Shown: in pieces, positions 19,209-28,053 of the stretch | Layout: every line of letters starts with the position of its first letter | How positions within the stretch are numbered: position 1 is the first letter of the stretch | Origin: an uncultured Pseudomonadota bacterium | Lineage (GTDB): Bacteria > Pseudomonadota > Alphaproteobacteria > Rs-D84 | Direction of reading: 5' to 3' | NCBI GenBank assembly: GCA_900320405.1 | Contig: OOHM01000001.1 | Location: forward strand, 90,209-154,208 | DNA length: 64,000 bases | The notes under the pieces: generated by a model | The model's database searches: none | What the model saw: only the letters and a program-made list of their open reading frames with translations | What the model was told of the DNA's origin: nothing | Translations under genes and position numbers: made by a program

Positions 19209-20168
19209 ATGGCTATCAAGGTTCGTGATTTTGAAGTTCGTCTTACGCGGAACAAAGAAGAAAGGCGTATGGTGCGCAATTTACGCTATGACGTGTTTGT
19301 GACCGAGGAAGGCGCATCCGCCACCGCAGAACAACACGAATTACACGAAGAATTTGATGATTTTGATAAATATGCCGAATATATGGCCGTTTTTCACAAT
19401 GGCAAGATTGTTGGTACATACAGAATTATTGATAAAAAGGCCGCCGACAAAATGGGTGGGTTCTATACCGAAACAGAATTTAACATATCCAAAATTAAAA
19501 AGGCATCGGATAATATCGCCGAAATGTCGCGCGCGTGTGTCGCACGCGAATATCGTGAAAATGCGTTGGTTATGCGTATGCTGTGGGCGGGATTAAGTGA
19601 ATATGTGTTGCGTCGTCGCATCGCGGTTTTGTTTGGTGTCGCGTCTTGGGTTGGGCAAAAGCCCGTAGAATCGGCCCAGGCAATATCTTACCTGTATTAT
19701 AACCATTTGTCGCCGTTGCGTTTGCGGGCGCGTGTAATACCGGAAAACTTTGCCGATGGCGCGGATCCGCGTATGTCAAAAATGAATATATTACCCCGTG
19801 CGTTTGTCGACGAAGAAATGGCAAAAAAACAAATGACCCCACTTATCAAGGGATATTTGCGTATGGGTGCCACATTTGGCCAGGGTGTCTTTATTGATAA
19901 ACCATTTAATACATACGATGTTTTCGTTATGATGCAGTCCAAGAATATGGATGCCGCGTATCAAAAGCATTTCTATGGTCGTGCGGACGCATTGGAACAT
20001 TTGGATGTTAAACCGCACCCGATGCAAACATTGGGAAAGATTATGTTAATGCCAATAACTGGACCGTTGAATATGTTGGGTGCGTTCTTTGAATTCTTGT
20101 TGCGTGAAGATGCCGCGGATGCAGAATACATCGAAGATACACCACCTTCTAATCCAGAGGATAATTAA
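19209..20168 (+). CDS. olsB: Ornithine-lipid N-acyltransferase OlsB-like (GNAT/hemolysin-like)
   Basis: 319 aa. LRYDVFVTEEG...YRIID...E(M)SRACV pattern of OlsB-type acyltransferases. Directly upstream of an OlsA-like acyltransferase. Confidence 0.78.
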   Translation: MAIKVRDFEVRLTRNKEERRMVRNLRYDVFVTEEGASATAEQHELHEEFDDFDKYAEYMAVFHNGKIVGTYRIIDKKAADKMGGFYTETEFNISKIKKASDNIAEMSRACVAREYRENALVMRMLWAGLSEYVLRRRIAVLFGVASWVGQKPVESAQAISYLYYNHLSPLRLRARVIPENFADGADPRMSKMNILPRAFVDEEMAKKQMTPLIKGYLRMGATFGQGVFIDKPFNTYDVFVMMQSKNMDAAYQKHFYGRADALEHLDVKPHPMQTLGKIMLMPITGPLNMLGAFFEFLLREDAADAEYIEDTPPSNPEDN

Positions 20169-20171
20169 ACA

Positions 20172-20999
20172 ATGTCGCACGTTCGTAAACAAAATATTTT
20201 TAACACAATAACTGGTACACTGCGTTTTATGGCTTTTTGGATTGCGGTGGTGATTCAATTACCGATAATAATTTTATTACCGTCGCGGTCGCGTGCATCG
20301 GTGAAATATATGTCGGTGTTTATGAAAATCTTGCTGGTGTTGGCAAGTATTAAAATCGTAAAGCACGGACAAATTTCCAAAAAACGCCCATTATTGGTCG
20401 CGGGTAATCATATATCGGTATTTGAAATTGCAACTTTTCCGGTAATGTTCGGGGGCAGTTTTATATCCAAGAACGATGTTCGCCATTGGCCGTTGGTTGG
20501 ATATATCGCCAATAAATTCGGTGTGGTGTTTATTGACCGTCGTCCTTCGCACGCGGCCGAGGCATTGAAACTGGTTCAAGACGAAATATCAAAAATTAAA
20601 TACCCACTGTATATCTTTCCCGAAGGCACAACAACAAATGGGGCGTATGTCAAAGAATTCAAAAGCAGTCTGTTCAATGTTGCCGAAGGTACCGATGTCA
20701 CAATTCAACCGGTGGTCACACGTTATTGCTATCACGACGGTACGCCAATTGGCGATGAAGATTTGGCGGAACATTTTGCGTACTTTGATAATGCAAAACA
20801 AGACATGGGGCCAAAATGTTCCCGCGAACGCAGTGCGTTTGGGCAAATATTTCACGTAATGGTTTTGGGCGGATTCCGTGTAGATGTTTATATGTTGCCG
20901 CCGCCACCCCTTGGGGGTATGGACAGAAAACAAATGGCAGAAACAATGCATAAAATAATTTCAGATAAATATATGGAAACCAAGGATTTAAAAAAATGA
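20172..20999 (+). CDS. olsA: Lyso-ornithine lipid O-acyltransferase / PlsC-family acyltransferase
   Basis: 275 aa. NHISVFE (HX4D/E-type) and FPEGTTTNG motifs. 4-nt overlap with proS. Confidence 0.78.
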   Translation: MSHVRKQNIFNTITGTLRFMAFWIAVVIQLPIIILLPSRSRASVKYMSVFMKILLVLASIKIVKHGQISKKRPLLVAGNHISVFEIATFPVMFGGSFISKNDVRHWPLVGYIANKFGVVFIDRRPSHAAEALKLVQDEISKIKYPLYIFPEGTTTNGAYVKEFKSSLFNVAEGTDVTIQPVVTRYCYHDGTPIGDEDLAEHFAYFDNAKQDMGPKCSRERSAFGQIFHVMVLGGFRVDVYMLPPPPLGGMDRKQMAETMHKIISDKYMETKDLKK

Positions 21000-22435
21000 A
21001 AACAGCGATAACTCCGACAAGGTCGGAAAATTTTAGTGAATGGTATCAAAACCTGATTGTTGCGGCGGATTTGGCGGAAAACGCACCTGTACGCGGTTGT
21101 ATGACGGTAAAACCGTACGGTTGGGCGATATGGGAATTGATGCGCGATGAAATGGACAAACGTATCAAGGCGGCCGGTGTGCAAAACGCGAATTTTCCAT
21201 TGTTGATTCCAATAGAATTTTTTAATAAAGAGGCCGAACACGTTGCCGGCTTTGCCAAAGAGGCCGCGGTTGTCACCCATTATCGTTTGAAGATGATTGA
21301 TGGTAAATTGCAACCGGACCCGGAATCGAAATTGACCGAACCATATATTATTCGCCCGACATCAGAAACAATTATTGGCGAGGCCATGTCACGTTGGGTA
21401 CAATCTTATCGTGATTTGCCATTGAAATTGAATCAGTGGGTAAATGTTATGCGTTGGGAAATGCGGCCACGTATGTTCCTACGCACTTCGGAATTTAATT
21501 GGCAAGAAGGTCATAATGTGTTCGCCACACATGACGAGGCCAACGAAGACGCACGCAAAATGCACAAAGTATATGGCGATTATATGCGCGATGTTTTGGC
21601 GATACCGTGTATTATGGGTGAAAAAACCCCCGAAGAACGATTTGCCGGTGCCGATCACACATATACCATTGAACAAATTATGCAGGATGGCAAGGCACTT
21701 CAGGCCGGAACTTCGCACGATTTGGGTCAACATTTTGCAAAATCTTTTGGTATTCAATACCTGGGCACCGATGGTAAATTGACCCACGCGTGGACGACAT
21801 CTTGGGGGACATCAACGCGTATGATGGGTGGATTGTTTATGACGCACAGTGACGATGATGGGCTGGTTTTGCCACCGGTTGTTGCCCCGTACCAAGTGGT
21901 AATTATTCCAATCACACGTGGCGATGAAAATATTGATGCAATGAATGAATTTACCACCAATTTGGAATCCCAGTTGCGCGACCGTGGTATTCGTGTTTTA
22001 ACGGATAATTCTGATATGCGCGCACCCGATAAAATGTGGAAATGGATTAAACGTGGGGTACCTTTGCGTGTAGAGATTGGCGGTCGTGAAATCGAAACAG
22101 GGACTGTTACGATGACGCGTCGCGATTTGGGTAAATCTTCGCGTGAAACCGTATCGGTCGCAGATTTTGGTGAAACGGTCGCGGCGAAACTTGACACTAT
22201 GCAACACGATATGTTTGCTGTGGCCGCCGAACGTAACAAAACGATGATACACAATGTTAAAGACTTGGCGGAATTGGAATCTGCATTATCAAAAGGTACG
22301 ATTGGTTTTTTCCGTATAAAATATACCGAAACCCAAAACGACCGTTTTGATGCATTGATTGAAAAATACAAGATATCGCGTAGATGTCTGGACGATAGTG
22401 ACCCAAGTTTTGTATTTGTTGCAAAATCGTACTAA
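20996..22435 (+). CDS. proS: Prolyl-tRNA synthetase, short archaeal/eukaryote-like type (no INS domain, C-terminal Tyr)
   Basis: 479 aa. N-terminus SENFSEWYQNLIVAADLAE..RGCMTVKPYGWAIWE, class II motifs, ends ...FVAKSY. Confidence 0.93.
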   Translation: MKTAITPTRSENFSEWYQNLIVAADLAENAPVRGCMTVKPYGWAIWELMRDEMDKRIKAAGVQNANFPLLIPIEFFNKEAEHVAGFAKEAAVVTHYRLKMIDGKLQPDPESKLTEPYIIRPTSETIIGEAMSRWVQSYRDLPLKLNQWVNVMRWEMRPRMFLRTSEFNWQEGHNVFATHDEANEDARKMHKVYGDYMRDVLAIPCIMGEKTPEERFAGADHTYTIEQIMQDGKALQAGTSHDLGQHFAKSFGIQYLGTDGKLTHAWTTSWGTSTRMMGGLFMTHSDDDGLVLPPVVAPYQVVIIPITRGDENIDAMNEFTTNLESQLRDRGIRVLTDNSDMRAPDKMWKWIKRGVPLRVEIGGREIETGTVTMTRRDLGKSSRETVSVADFGETVAAKLDTMQHDMFAVAAERNKTMIHNVKDLAELESALSKGTIGFFRIKYTETQNDRFDALIEKYKISRRCLDDSDPSFVFVAKSY

Positions 22436-22465
22436 AAAAAACGGATGCATTTGCATCCGTTTTTT
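22434..22465. terminator. Bidirectional terminator (proS / PTA-like gene)
   Basis: Same 8-bp stem ACGGATGC/GCATCCGT as at 13347-13378, between A7 and T5 runs. Confidence 0.8.
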
Positions 22466-23225
22466 AATTTTTGCACGCGGTTATGATATTATGCGTTAAT
22501 GTTTCTTCTGTTGCCCCGCGTGAGTTTAATATTATCGTGTTTTTTCCGCCCATAAGAAAACATAATGGTTCCCAATTACCCAACACCGACAAAGATTTGA
22601 ATATTGCGTTGCCGGTATTTATGTTATCGACAACGATTATGTCTGCAATTTTACCGATTAAATGTTTTTCGGCACGAATATCCGCATCCAATGCCACATC
22701 CAATTGTTCGACACGCAAAGTGCCGGTCGGAAAATCGCCCGCGTTCGCCGCAAACCATTCGTGCAACATCGGCGCAATTTTTGTGTTTGTATCCCCGCCC
22801 GCAGAAATCAAGGATATAAATGGCACGCGCGCGGTTCCAAAAATCTGTGCGAATAATTTTACGGCATTTTGCACAATGTGTGTTAATTGGCTTTCGTCTG
22901 GCATTGGCACGCATGCCGCATCGGTTAAAATAAACGGTGGCCGATTTCCCGACCGGTCAAAAAATATCGCACAGTGCGTAAGGTAAAATTTTTCCCCGTT
23001 ATTTAATTTTTTATTTATTGCGATAATATGCCGCAGAAAATCATCAGAATGAATATCACACTTCATTAAAATAAATTCGTCATCTGTATTTGGTAATTTG
23101 TCCCCATCGGGTGCGTATTCCCAACCAACAATATTTCCGCATTCACGCATAGCATTTTTTATTGCTTTTTCGTGTTTTTCACACACATCACCAAAACACA
23201 GAATTTTTTTCATAACATTCCTCAT
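22464..23225 (-). CDS. Phosphate acetyl/butyryl-transferase family protein (short)
   Basis: 253 aa. FILTDAACVPMP, QLDVALDADIRAEK, VVDNINTGNAIFKSL and ILNSRGAT resemble the PTA_PTB C-terminal domain. Confidence 0.7.
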   Translation of the reverse strand: MRNVMKKILCFGDVCEKHEKAIKNAMRECGNIVGWEYAPDGDKLPNTDDEFILMKCDIHSDDFLRHIIAINKKLNNGEKFYLTHCAIFFDRSGNRPPFILTDAACVPMPDESQLTHIVQNAVKLFAQIFGTARVPFISLISAGGDTNTKIAPMLHEWFAANAGDFPTGTLRVEQLDVALDADIRAEKHLIGKIADIIVVDNINTGNAIFKSLSVLGNWEPLCFLMGGKNTIILNSRGATEETLTHNIITACKN

Positions 23226-23321
23226 ATTTTATCGGTCGCATATTATAAAAATATAAATGTTTTTATCAAATACTTTTTTGTGGTATAATTACCGCAAGGA
23301 ATAAGTAAAAGAGAGACGGAC

Positions 23322-24251
23322 ATGAAAATAGCAATTATAGGTGTTGGTTCGGTTGGTTCGGCCGTTGCGACCGCGGTGAAAAATACAGGATTGGTTCATG
23401 AAATCGTTTTATACGACCGCGATGGTATTCGTGCGCGCGCCGCCGCCGAAGATTTGGGACACGCCGCCGCGTTTGGGTTTGATGTTAAAATTTCTGCGGT
23501 AAGCAATTATCGCGGAATTCGCGGTTCGGACATAGTTATTATTTCTGCCGGTGCAAATCAAAAACCTGGTCAAACGCGTACAGATTTATTACAAAACAAT
23601 GCCGAAGTTATTCGCGATATTGTGCCACGTGTTATGGCGAATGTTGACCCAAAACGCGTTATTTTGATTCTTGTTACGAATCCCTTGGATGTTATGGTTA
23701 TGTTGGCCCAGAAATTGTCTAATTTGCCACCTGCGCGCGTTATTGGCACGGGGACTATGTTGGATACGGCGCGTTTGCGAACCATATTGGCGCGTGGGTT
23801 GGATGTTTCACCCCAATCGATTCATTCTTATGTCTTGGGCGAACATGGCGACAGCAGTGTTATAGATTGGTCGTCCATCACCGTTGGTGGTTTATCTTTG
23901 GAAGATTTCTGTCACCAAGCCAAGGTTACATTGACCGCGGCCACGCGCGAAACAATTGAATATCGTGTTCGTAACGCGGCATATGAAATTATCCGTGGAC
24001 GCGGTGCAACATGGGATGGAATCGGTGCCGCGGTTTCTGATTTATTGAAATGCATAATAAACGACGAACGCAGAATTTTAACGGTATCAATTGTTGCTGG
24101 TACCGGTGCGCACACGGTTGCGATGTCTTTGCCGCGTGTTGTTGGTGTAAATGGTGTGGCTATGACATTGAACCCAAAAATGTCGTCGGATGAATCGACA
24201 CGCCTGCGTCGCAGTGGAAAAATCATTCAAAAGAATTTTTCACATATTTAA
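23322..24251 (+). CDS. ldh: L-lactate dehydrogenase
   Basis: 309 aa. MKIAIIGVGSVGSA Rossmann start, SAGANQKPGQTRTDL, GEHGDS. Confidence 0.9.
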   Translation: MKIAIIGVGSVGSAVATAVKNTGLVHEIVLYDRDGIRARAAAEDLGHAAAFGFDVKISAVSNYRGIRGSDIVIISAGANQKPGQTRTDLLQNNAEVIRDIVPRVMANVDPKRVILILVTNPLDVMVMLAQKLSNLPPARVIGTGTMLDTARLRTILARGLDVSPQSIHSYVLGEHGDSSVIDWSSITVGGLSLEDFCHQAKVTLTAATRETIEYRVRNAAYEIIRGRGATWDGIGAAVSDLLKCIINDERRILTVSIVAGTGAHTVAMSLPRVVGVNGVAMTLNPKMSSDESTRLRRSGKIIQKNFSHI

Positions 24252-24344
24252 TTATCGGTGGGGAAAACATCCCCGCCCATTGGCAAACAATCATATTTAT
24301 GCACGCGCTCGCGCGTGCTATTTTTATATACAGGGGAAAATAAA

Positions 24345-24647
24345 ATGCCAACAAATATAGAATACATAAAATTACAACATGACCATGGATTCTGTGCGCG
24401 TCGTGGCAACATGCAAATTGGCGAAATAGATATTGTTATTATGGGGGCCGATAGATTGATTATTGAACATACGCATGTAAATGAAGAATATGATAATGAT
24501 GATATATGTAAAAACTTGGTGCGATGCGTTGTTGAATTTGCACGCCAAACGGGTCGCAAGATTTTATGCCTGTGTCCACGCGCACAATCTGTGTTTAATC
24601 GTTGTCCGGAATTTGATGATGTTCGTCTTATACAAATGGTTAAATAA
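24345..24647 (+). CDS. Small GNAT-like N-acetyltransferase-domain protein (YjdJ-like)
   Basis: Start taken at the internal ATG 24345. About 100 aa, with ...IIEHTHVNEEY...GRKILCLCPRAQSVF typical of the small acetyltransf_CG family. Confidence 0.55.
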   Translation: MPTNIEYIKLQHDHGFCARRGNMQIGEIDIVIMGADRLIIEHTHVNEEYDNDDICKNLVRCVVEFARQTGRKILCLCPRAQSVFNRCPEFDDVRLIQMVK

Positions 24648-24675
24648 AAATGCGGATTATTATCCGCATTTTTTT
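24646..24675. terminator. Bidirectional terminator (GNAT-like / sodB)
   Basis: atgcgga-ttatta-tccgcat hairpin between an A-run and a T-run. Confidence 0.75.
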
Positions 24676-25312
24676 AATCCATATTCAAATTATCAATTAC
24701 AAATTTCCAATCTATCAAACTTTCCAAAAATGCATCTATAAAATCTGCGCGCCGGTTTTGATAATCAATATAATATGCGTGTTCCCACAGGTCCAATGTC
24801 AAAACCGGCTTTTTCCCGTGTGCAATTGGTGTATCTGCATTTTTTGTAGAAATAATTTCGAATTTATCGTTATCGTATGTCAACCAAACCCAACCTGAAC
24901 CAAATACATCGTTTGCAACAGATTTGAATTTTTCTTTGAATTCGGCCATACCCCCAAACGCATCTGCGATAATATCGGGAATCGCGGTATTTCCGCGCCC
25001 CAGGCAATTAAAGAAAAATTCATGGTTAAAAACCTGGGCTGCGTTGTTGAATATTTTTTGTGCATTTGAATCATTGACCGAATTTACGATGATTTCGCGC
25101 AAATCCATATCTGCATACTTGGTGTCCGCAATTAGTTTATTCAGGTTTGCAATATACGCCCCCAAATGTTTGTCGTGATGTAAACGCACGGTTTCAACCG
25201 ACATAATTGGGACCAAATCTGTTTCACGAAACGGCAATGGAAAATCATTCAGATTAAACATATCTTGAACTCCTTTTGAAACCATTTTATCGAATAAATT
25301 TTTTATCGCCAC
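24674..25312 (-). CDS. sodB: Iron superoxide dismutase
   Basis: 212 aa. HHDKHLGAY, FNNAAQVFNHEFFF (Fe-type AAQ) and DLWEHAYYIDYQNRR. Confidence 0.92.
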   Translation of the reverse strand: MAIKNLFDKMVSKGVQDMFNLNDFPLPFRETDLVPIMSVETVRLHHDKHLGAYIANLNKLIADTKYADMDLREIIVNSVNDSNAQKIFNNAAQVFNHEFFFNCLGRGNTAIPDIIADAFGGMAEFKEKFKSVANDVFGSGWVWLTYDNDKFEIISTKNADTPIAHGKKPVLTLDLWEHAYYIDYQNRRADFIDAFLESLIDWKFVIDNLNMD

Positions 25313-25418
25313 AGGAAAATTAGTTTAATTTTTTGCAAAAACAACTTGCGCCAATGCGTATGTTATTTCTATAATCAGTTCAGAACAAAAAATTGAAAGT
25401 AAAAAGGAGAAAAATAAA

Positions 25419-25913
25419 ATGAAAAAATTGTCTATGTTTGGGGCATTGATTGGTGCAATGTTTGCGTATGGCGCGAATGCGGCGGATATCACGATTTATC
25501 ATATGCCGACTTGTCCGCATTGTCATCATGCGCGCGATTTTGTTTCTAATAATTTAATTTATGAATATCCGGAATTAAAGGTGACATTGGTCAATGTGAT
25601 GGAATCTGCAAACCGTGAAGAATTTATGGCCACATTAAAGAAGTGCGAATACGAATCGGGTGGCGTTCCGGTTTTGGTTATCGGTGAAAAATGTTTCCAG
25701 GGTTATGCGGATTCTATGGCGGATGATTTGCGCGCCGCGGTCGAAGCCGATATGACGGATGAAGCGAAATCATTGGCGGCAGAAAATAAAAAGGCATTGG
25801 CGGCGGATGCCGATGCGTTCAAAAAATCGCACGGAGACAGGCTAAACGCAATTGTCGAACGCGAAGTAAAAAGCGCCAACGATGACGCGCAAAAAAAAAA
25901 AATAGAACGGTAA
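25419..25913 (+). CDS. Periplasmic thioredoxin/glutaredoxin-fold thiol:disulfide oxidoreductase with a DsbA-like CPHC motif; reading frame ends just after an A12 run
   Basis: Signal peptide MKKLSMFGALIGAMFAYGANA and TCPHCHHARDF. The stop is 9 nt after the homopolymer at 25891-25902. Confidence 0.7.
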   Translation: MKKLSMFGALIGAMFAYGANAADITIYHMPTCPHCHHARDFVSNNLIYEYPELKVTLVNVMESANREEFMATLKKCEYESGGVPVLVIGEKCFQGYADSMADDLRAAVEADMTDEAKSLAAENKKALAADADAFKKSHGDRLNAIVEREVKSANDDAQKKKIER

Positions 25914-26017
25914 AGACCGCAGAAAAATCGAACAGCGGTTGGGTTTTCTATGTAATCTTAATCGTGCTGGTTCTGGGGTTGGGTTTCGTGCTGACACGAA
26001 AAGGCAATAAAAAATAA
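25886..26017 (+). other. Out-of-frame continuation encoding a C-terminal transmembrane anchor
   Basis: This frame reads RAKKKNRTVKTAEKSNSGWVFYVILIVLVLGLGFVLTRKGNKK*. It would join the upstream ORF if the A-run had 13 A. Confidence 0.6.
25891..25902 (+). repeat. A12 homopolymer at the 3' end of the CPHC oxidoreductase gene
   Basis: Read directly from the sequence: gcgc-aaaaaaaaaaaa-tagaacgg. Confidence 0.95.
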
Positions 26018-26027
26018 TGGATAGGAT

Positions 26028-26789
26028 ATGTTTAATTTAACCTTGTTGGATTACATCTATATCGGAATATTGTTGGCATCAACAATATGGGCGACGATAC
26101 GCGGTGGAATTTATGAAACCGTGGCGACCCTTTCTTGGGTTGTTGCGGCGGTGACGGCGCGATTTGTATCGCCAATGCTGGATGGGTTGTTGCAGTCTTG
26201 GTTTGGCCTGGCCGAATCAACGGTTGGAACATTGGTGGCATCGTATTTTATTGTGTTCTTTGTGATATTACTAATTGTTGGTTTCTTTAATCAAAAACTG
26301 CGCGATAAAATACAAGACAGCATAATGAATGTCACCGATCATACATTGGGTGTGATATTTGGAATTGTGCGTGGCGTGGTTGTTATGGGGGCGGCATATT
26401 GGGTCGCACTGTGGTATTATTCTGATGCACCACGTATGCCTCATTGGATAGAAGACGCGCGCACGCGTCCAATTATGCAAATGACCGCGGTTAAATTGGA
26501 TGAATGGTTTATTCCAGGTGCGGAAAATAAATTATTGCAACGCGATGTTGCGGGTTCGCGTGAATCAAAAAAGATTTTTGATAACCTGATTAATCCGCGG
26601 GTCGTTGACGGTGAAAATGCATCGGTAAAAAACAATGGCACAAATCCATCGCCAAAACCGAATGAAGAAACCGGATATAAAAATTCTGAACGCAGCGCAT
26701 TGGAAAATCAACTGTTGCAAATAGAAAGTGTTGCGAACGCGGTTGAAAGACATGAACGGGACCGCGCAAAACAAGAAAACAAAAACTAA
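26028..26789 (+). CDS. cvpA: CvpA-family membrane protein
   Basis: 253 aa. N-terminal LDYIYIGILLASTIWATIRG, about four TM segments, hydrophilic tail. Confidence 0.8.
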   Translation: MFNLTLLDYIYIGILLASTIWATIRGGIYETVATLSWVVAAVTARFVSPMLDGLLQSWFGLAESTVGTLVASYFIVFFVILLIVGFFNQKLRDKIQDSIMNVTDHTLGVIFGIVRGVVVMGAAYWVALWYYSDAPRMPHWIEDARTRPIMQMTAVKLDEWFIPGAENKLLQRDVAGSRESKKIFDNLINPRVVDGENASVKNNGTNPSPKPNEETGYKNSERSALENQLLQIESVANAVERHERDRAKQENKN

Positions 26790-26795
26790 ACAAGT

Positions 26796-26824
26796 AAAAC
26801 GGAATCAAAAGATTCCGTTTTTTT
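26796..26824. repeat. Terminator hairpin, copy 1 of a duplicated 29-nt sequence (copy 2 at 28885-28918)
   Basis: aaaacggaatc-aaaa-gattccgttttttt here versus aaaacggaatc-aatc-gattccgttttttttt in copy 2. Confidence 0.85.
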
Positions 26825-26857
26825 AAGTTTTTATAACATATTATTATAAATTATATT

Positions 26858-27129
26858 TTGACTTTTTATATATTTCTCTGTAAAGTTTCAAATGAATCCA
26901 AGAGATTGGGTTCGGGGTTATCTCAAACCCTGTGAATTCGGTGCGAAAGCATCGTTAAAAATGATGTTATTGGTGTTTTTGCACCGTTATCATCCCTGAC
27001 TTATGGTCGGGGAGTCGTTGGTTATAAAATAGGGGCAACCCGAAGGCCACGAAATCATTAATTCACTGATTTGAGAACTCCCCGACCGCTCTTTCTTGGG
27101 CGGTTTAATGTTATAATCAGGGGGTTTTT
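26858..27129 (+). promoter_or_regulatory. Promoter-like hexamers plus a ~235-nt structured leader upstream of the GT8 gene (candidate cis-regulatory RNA)
   Basis: TTGACT-17-TAAAGT. Stems at 26908-12/26926-30 and 26940-44/26981-85. Perfect 11-bp stem 27005-15/27077-87, whose 3' arm overlaps a weaker hairpin 27085-89/27100-04. Confidence 0.45.
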
Positions 27130-28038
27130 ATGGAAAGACTATCAGTTATATATTTCAAAATATTGAAACGCCTGGTCTTGCATATAATTGAGTTCTTTAT
27201 TCCGTCAAAAGTATTCAGAAAAAACTTTGTGGCATGGGCAACGTTCCCAAAATTTAATTTGGTCCCTGATATAACAAAGTACGATAAGACAATAAATGTG
27301 GCGTTTTGTTTTAATGATAGATATATTCCACTTGCGTTAACGGCTATATCTTCGTTGCTGGAAAATTCACCGGGATGCAAGTATGATATTTATTGCGTAA
27401 CAGATATAACCAAGTATTCACAAACCAAAATATCAAAATATATTAAAAATCGTTATTCTAATGGCAATATAATATTCTTGAAACCAAATAAAGATTATGA
27501 CCGGGCACATTGTGGACGCTGGCCACATGCGATATGGTGGCGTTGTATGTTACCAAAATTATTACCGAACAGTGTAAATCGCATAATTTATGCAGATGTT
27601 GATACATTATTTGTGCGTGATTTGCGTGACGCGAATGAATTTGAAATAGGTACAAATTTATTAGCCGGATGTTTTGATAGCGAAACATATATTAACAGCG
27701 GTTTCTTGATAATGAATATAAAACAATTTCGTATGGAAAATAAATATCCACAAATGATATATTGGGCCGAAAATAATCAAACCAGATGTCCGGATCAAGA
27801 TATGTTAAATGCAATCTGTCACGGTCGTATCAAACCTATGTCACGTAAGTTCAATCTAATTGTTGATGGCGGGTATAGTTTCTTAAAGACAATGAACATA
27901 TCGCAGTATCGTGAAATACGATATCCTGTAATGTTGCACTATGCGGGCCGGGTGAAACCGTGGGATGCAAATATAAAAAGTTTTTTCACATTCAAAATAT
28001 ATCGCCAGTATTACAAAACGGTTATAGATAATTATTAA
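27130..28038 (+). CDS. Family 8 glycosyltransferase (GT-A, LPS/protein glycosyltransferase-like)
   Basis: 302 aa. NVAFCFNDRYIP, IYADVDTLF (DxD) and YINSGFLIMN are typical of GT8. Confidence 0.8.
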   Translation: MERLSVIYFKILKRLVLHIIEFFIPSKVFRKNFVAWATFPKFNLVPDITKYDKTINVAFCFNDRYIPLALTAISSLLENSPGCKYDIYCVTDITKYSQTKISKYIKNRYSNGNIIFLKPNKDYDRAHCGRWPHAIWWRCMLPKLLPNSVNRIIYADVDTLFVRDLRDANEFEIGTNLLAGCFDSETYINSGFLIMNIKQFRMENKYPQMIYWAENNQTRCPDQDMLNAICHGRIKPMSRKFNLIVDGGYSFLKTMNISQYREIRYPVMLHYAGRVKPWDANIKSFFTFKIYRQYYKTVIDNY

Positions 28039-28053
28039 TGTTAAGGGCGTAAA

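Noticed and set aside
21754-22371. 205-aa antisense ORF within proS
   Set aside because: proS is unambiguous in the plus frame. The antisense translation has no motifs.
26890-27129. Assignment of the GT8 leader to a known riboswitch class (c-di-GMP-I/II, SAM-II, ZTP, fluoride, cobalamin), or to 6S, SRP or RNase P RNA
   Set aside because: None of the conserved core sequences of these RNAs that I can recall is present. It is kept only as an unclassified structured leader.
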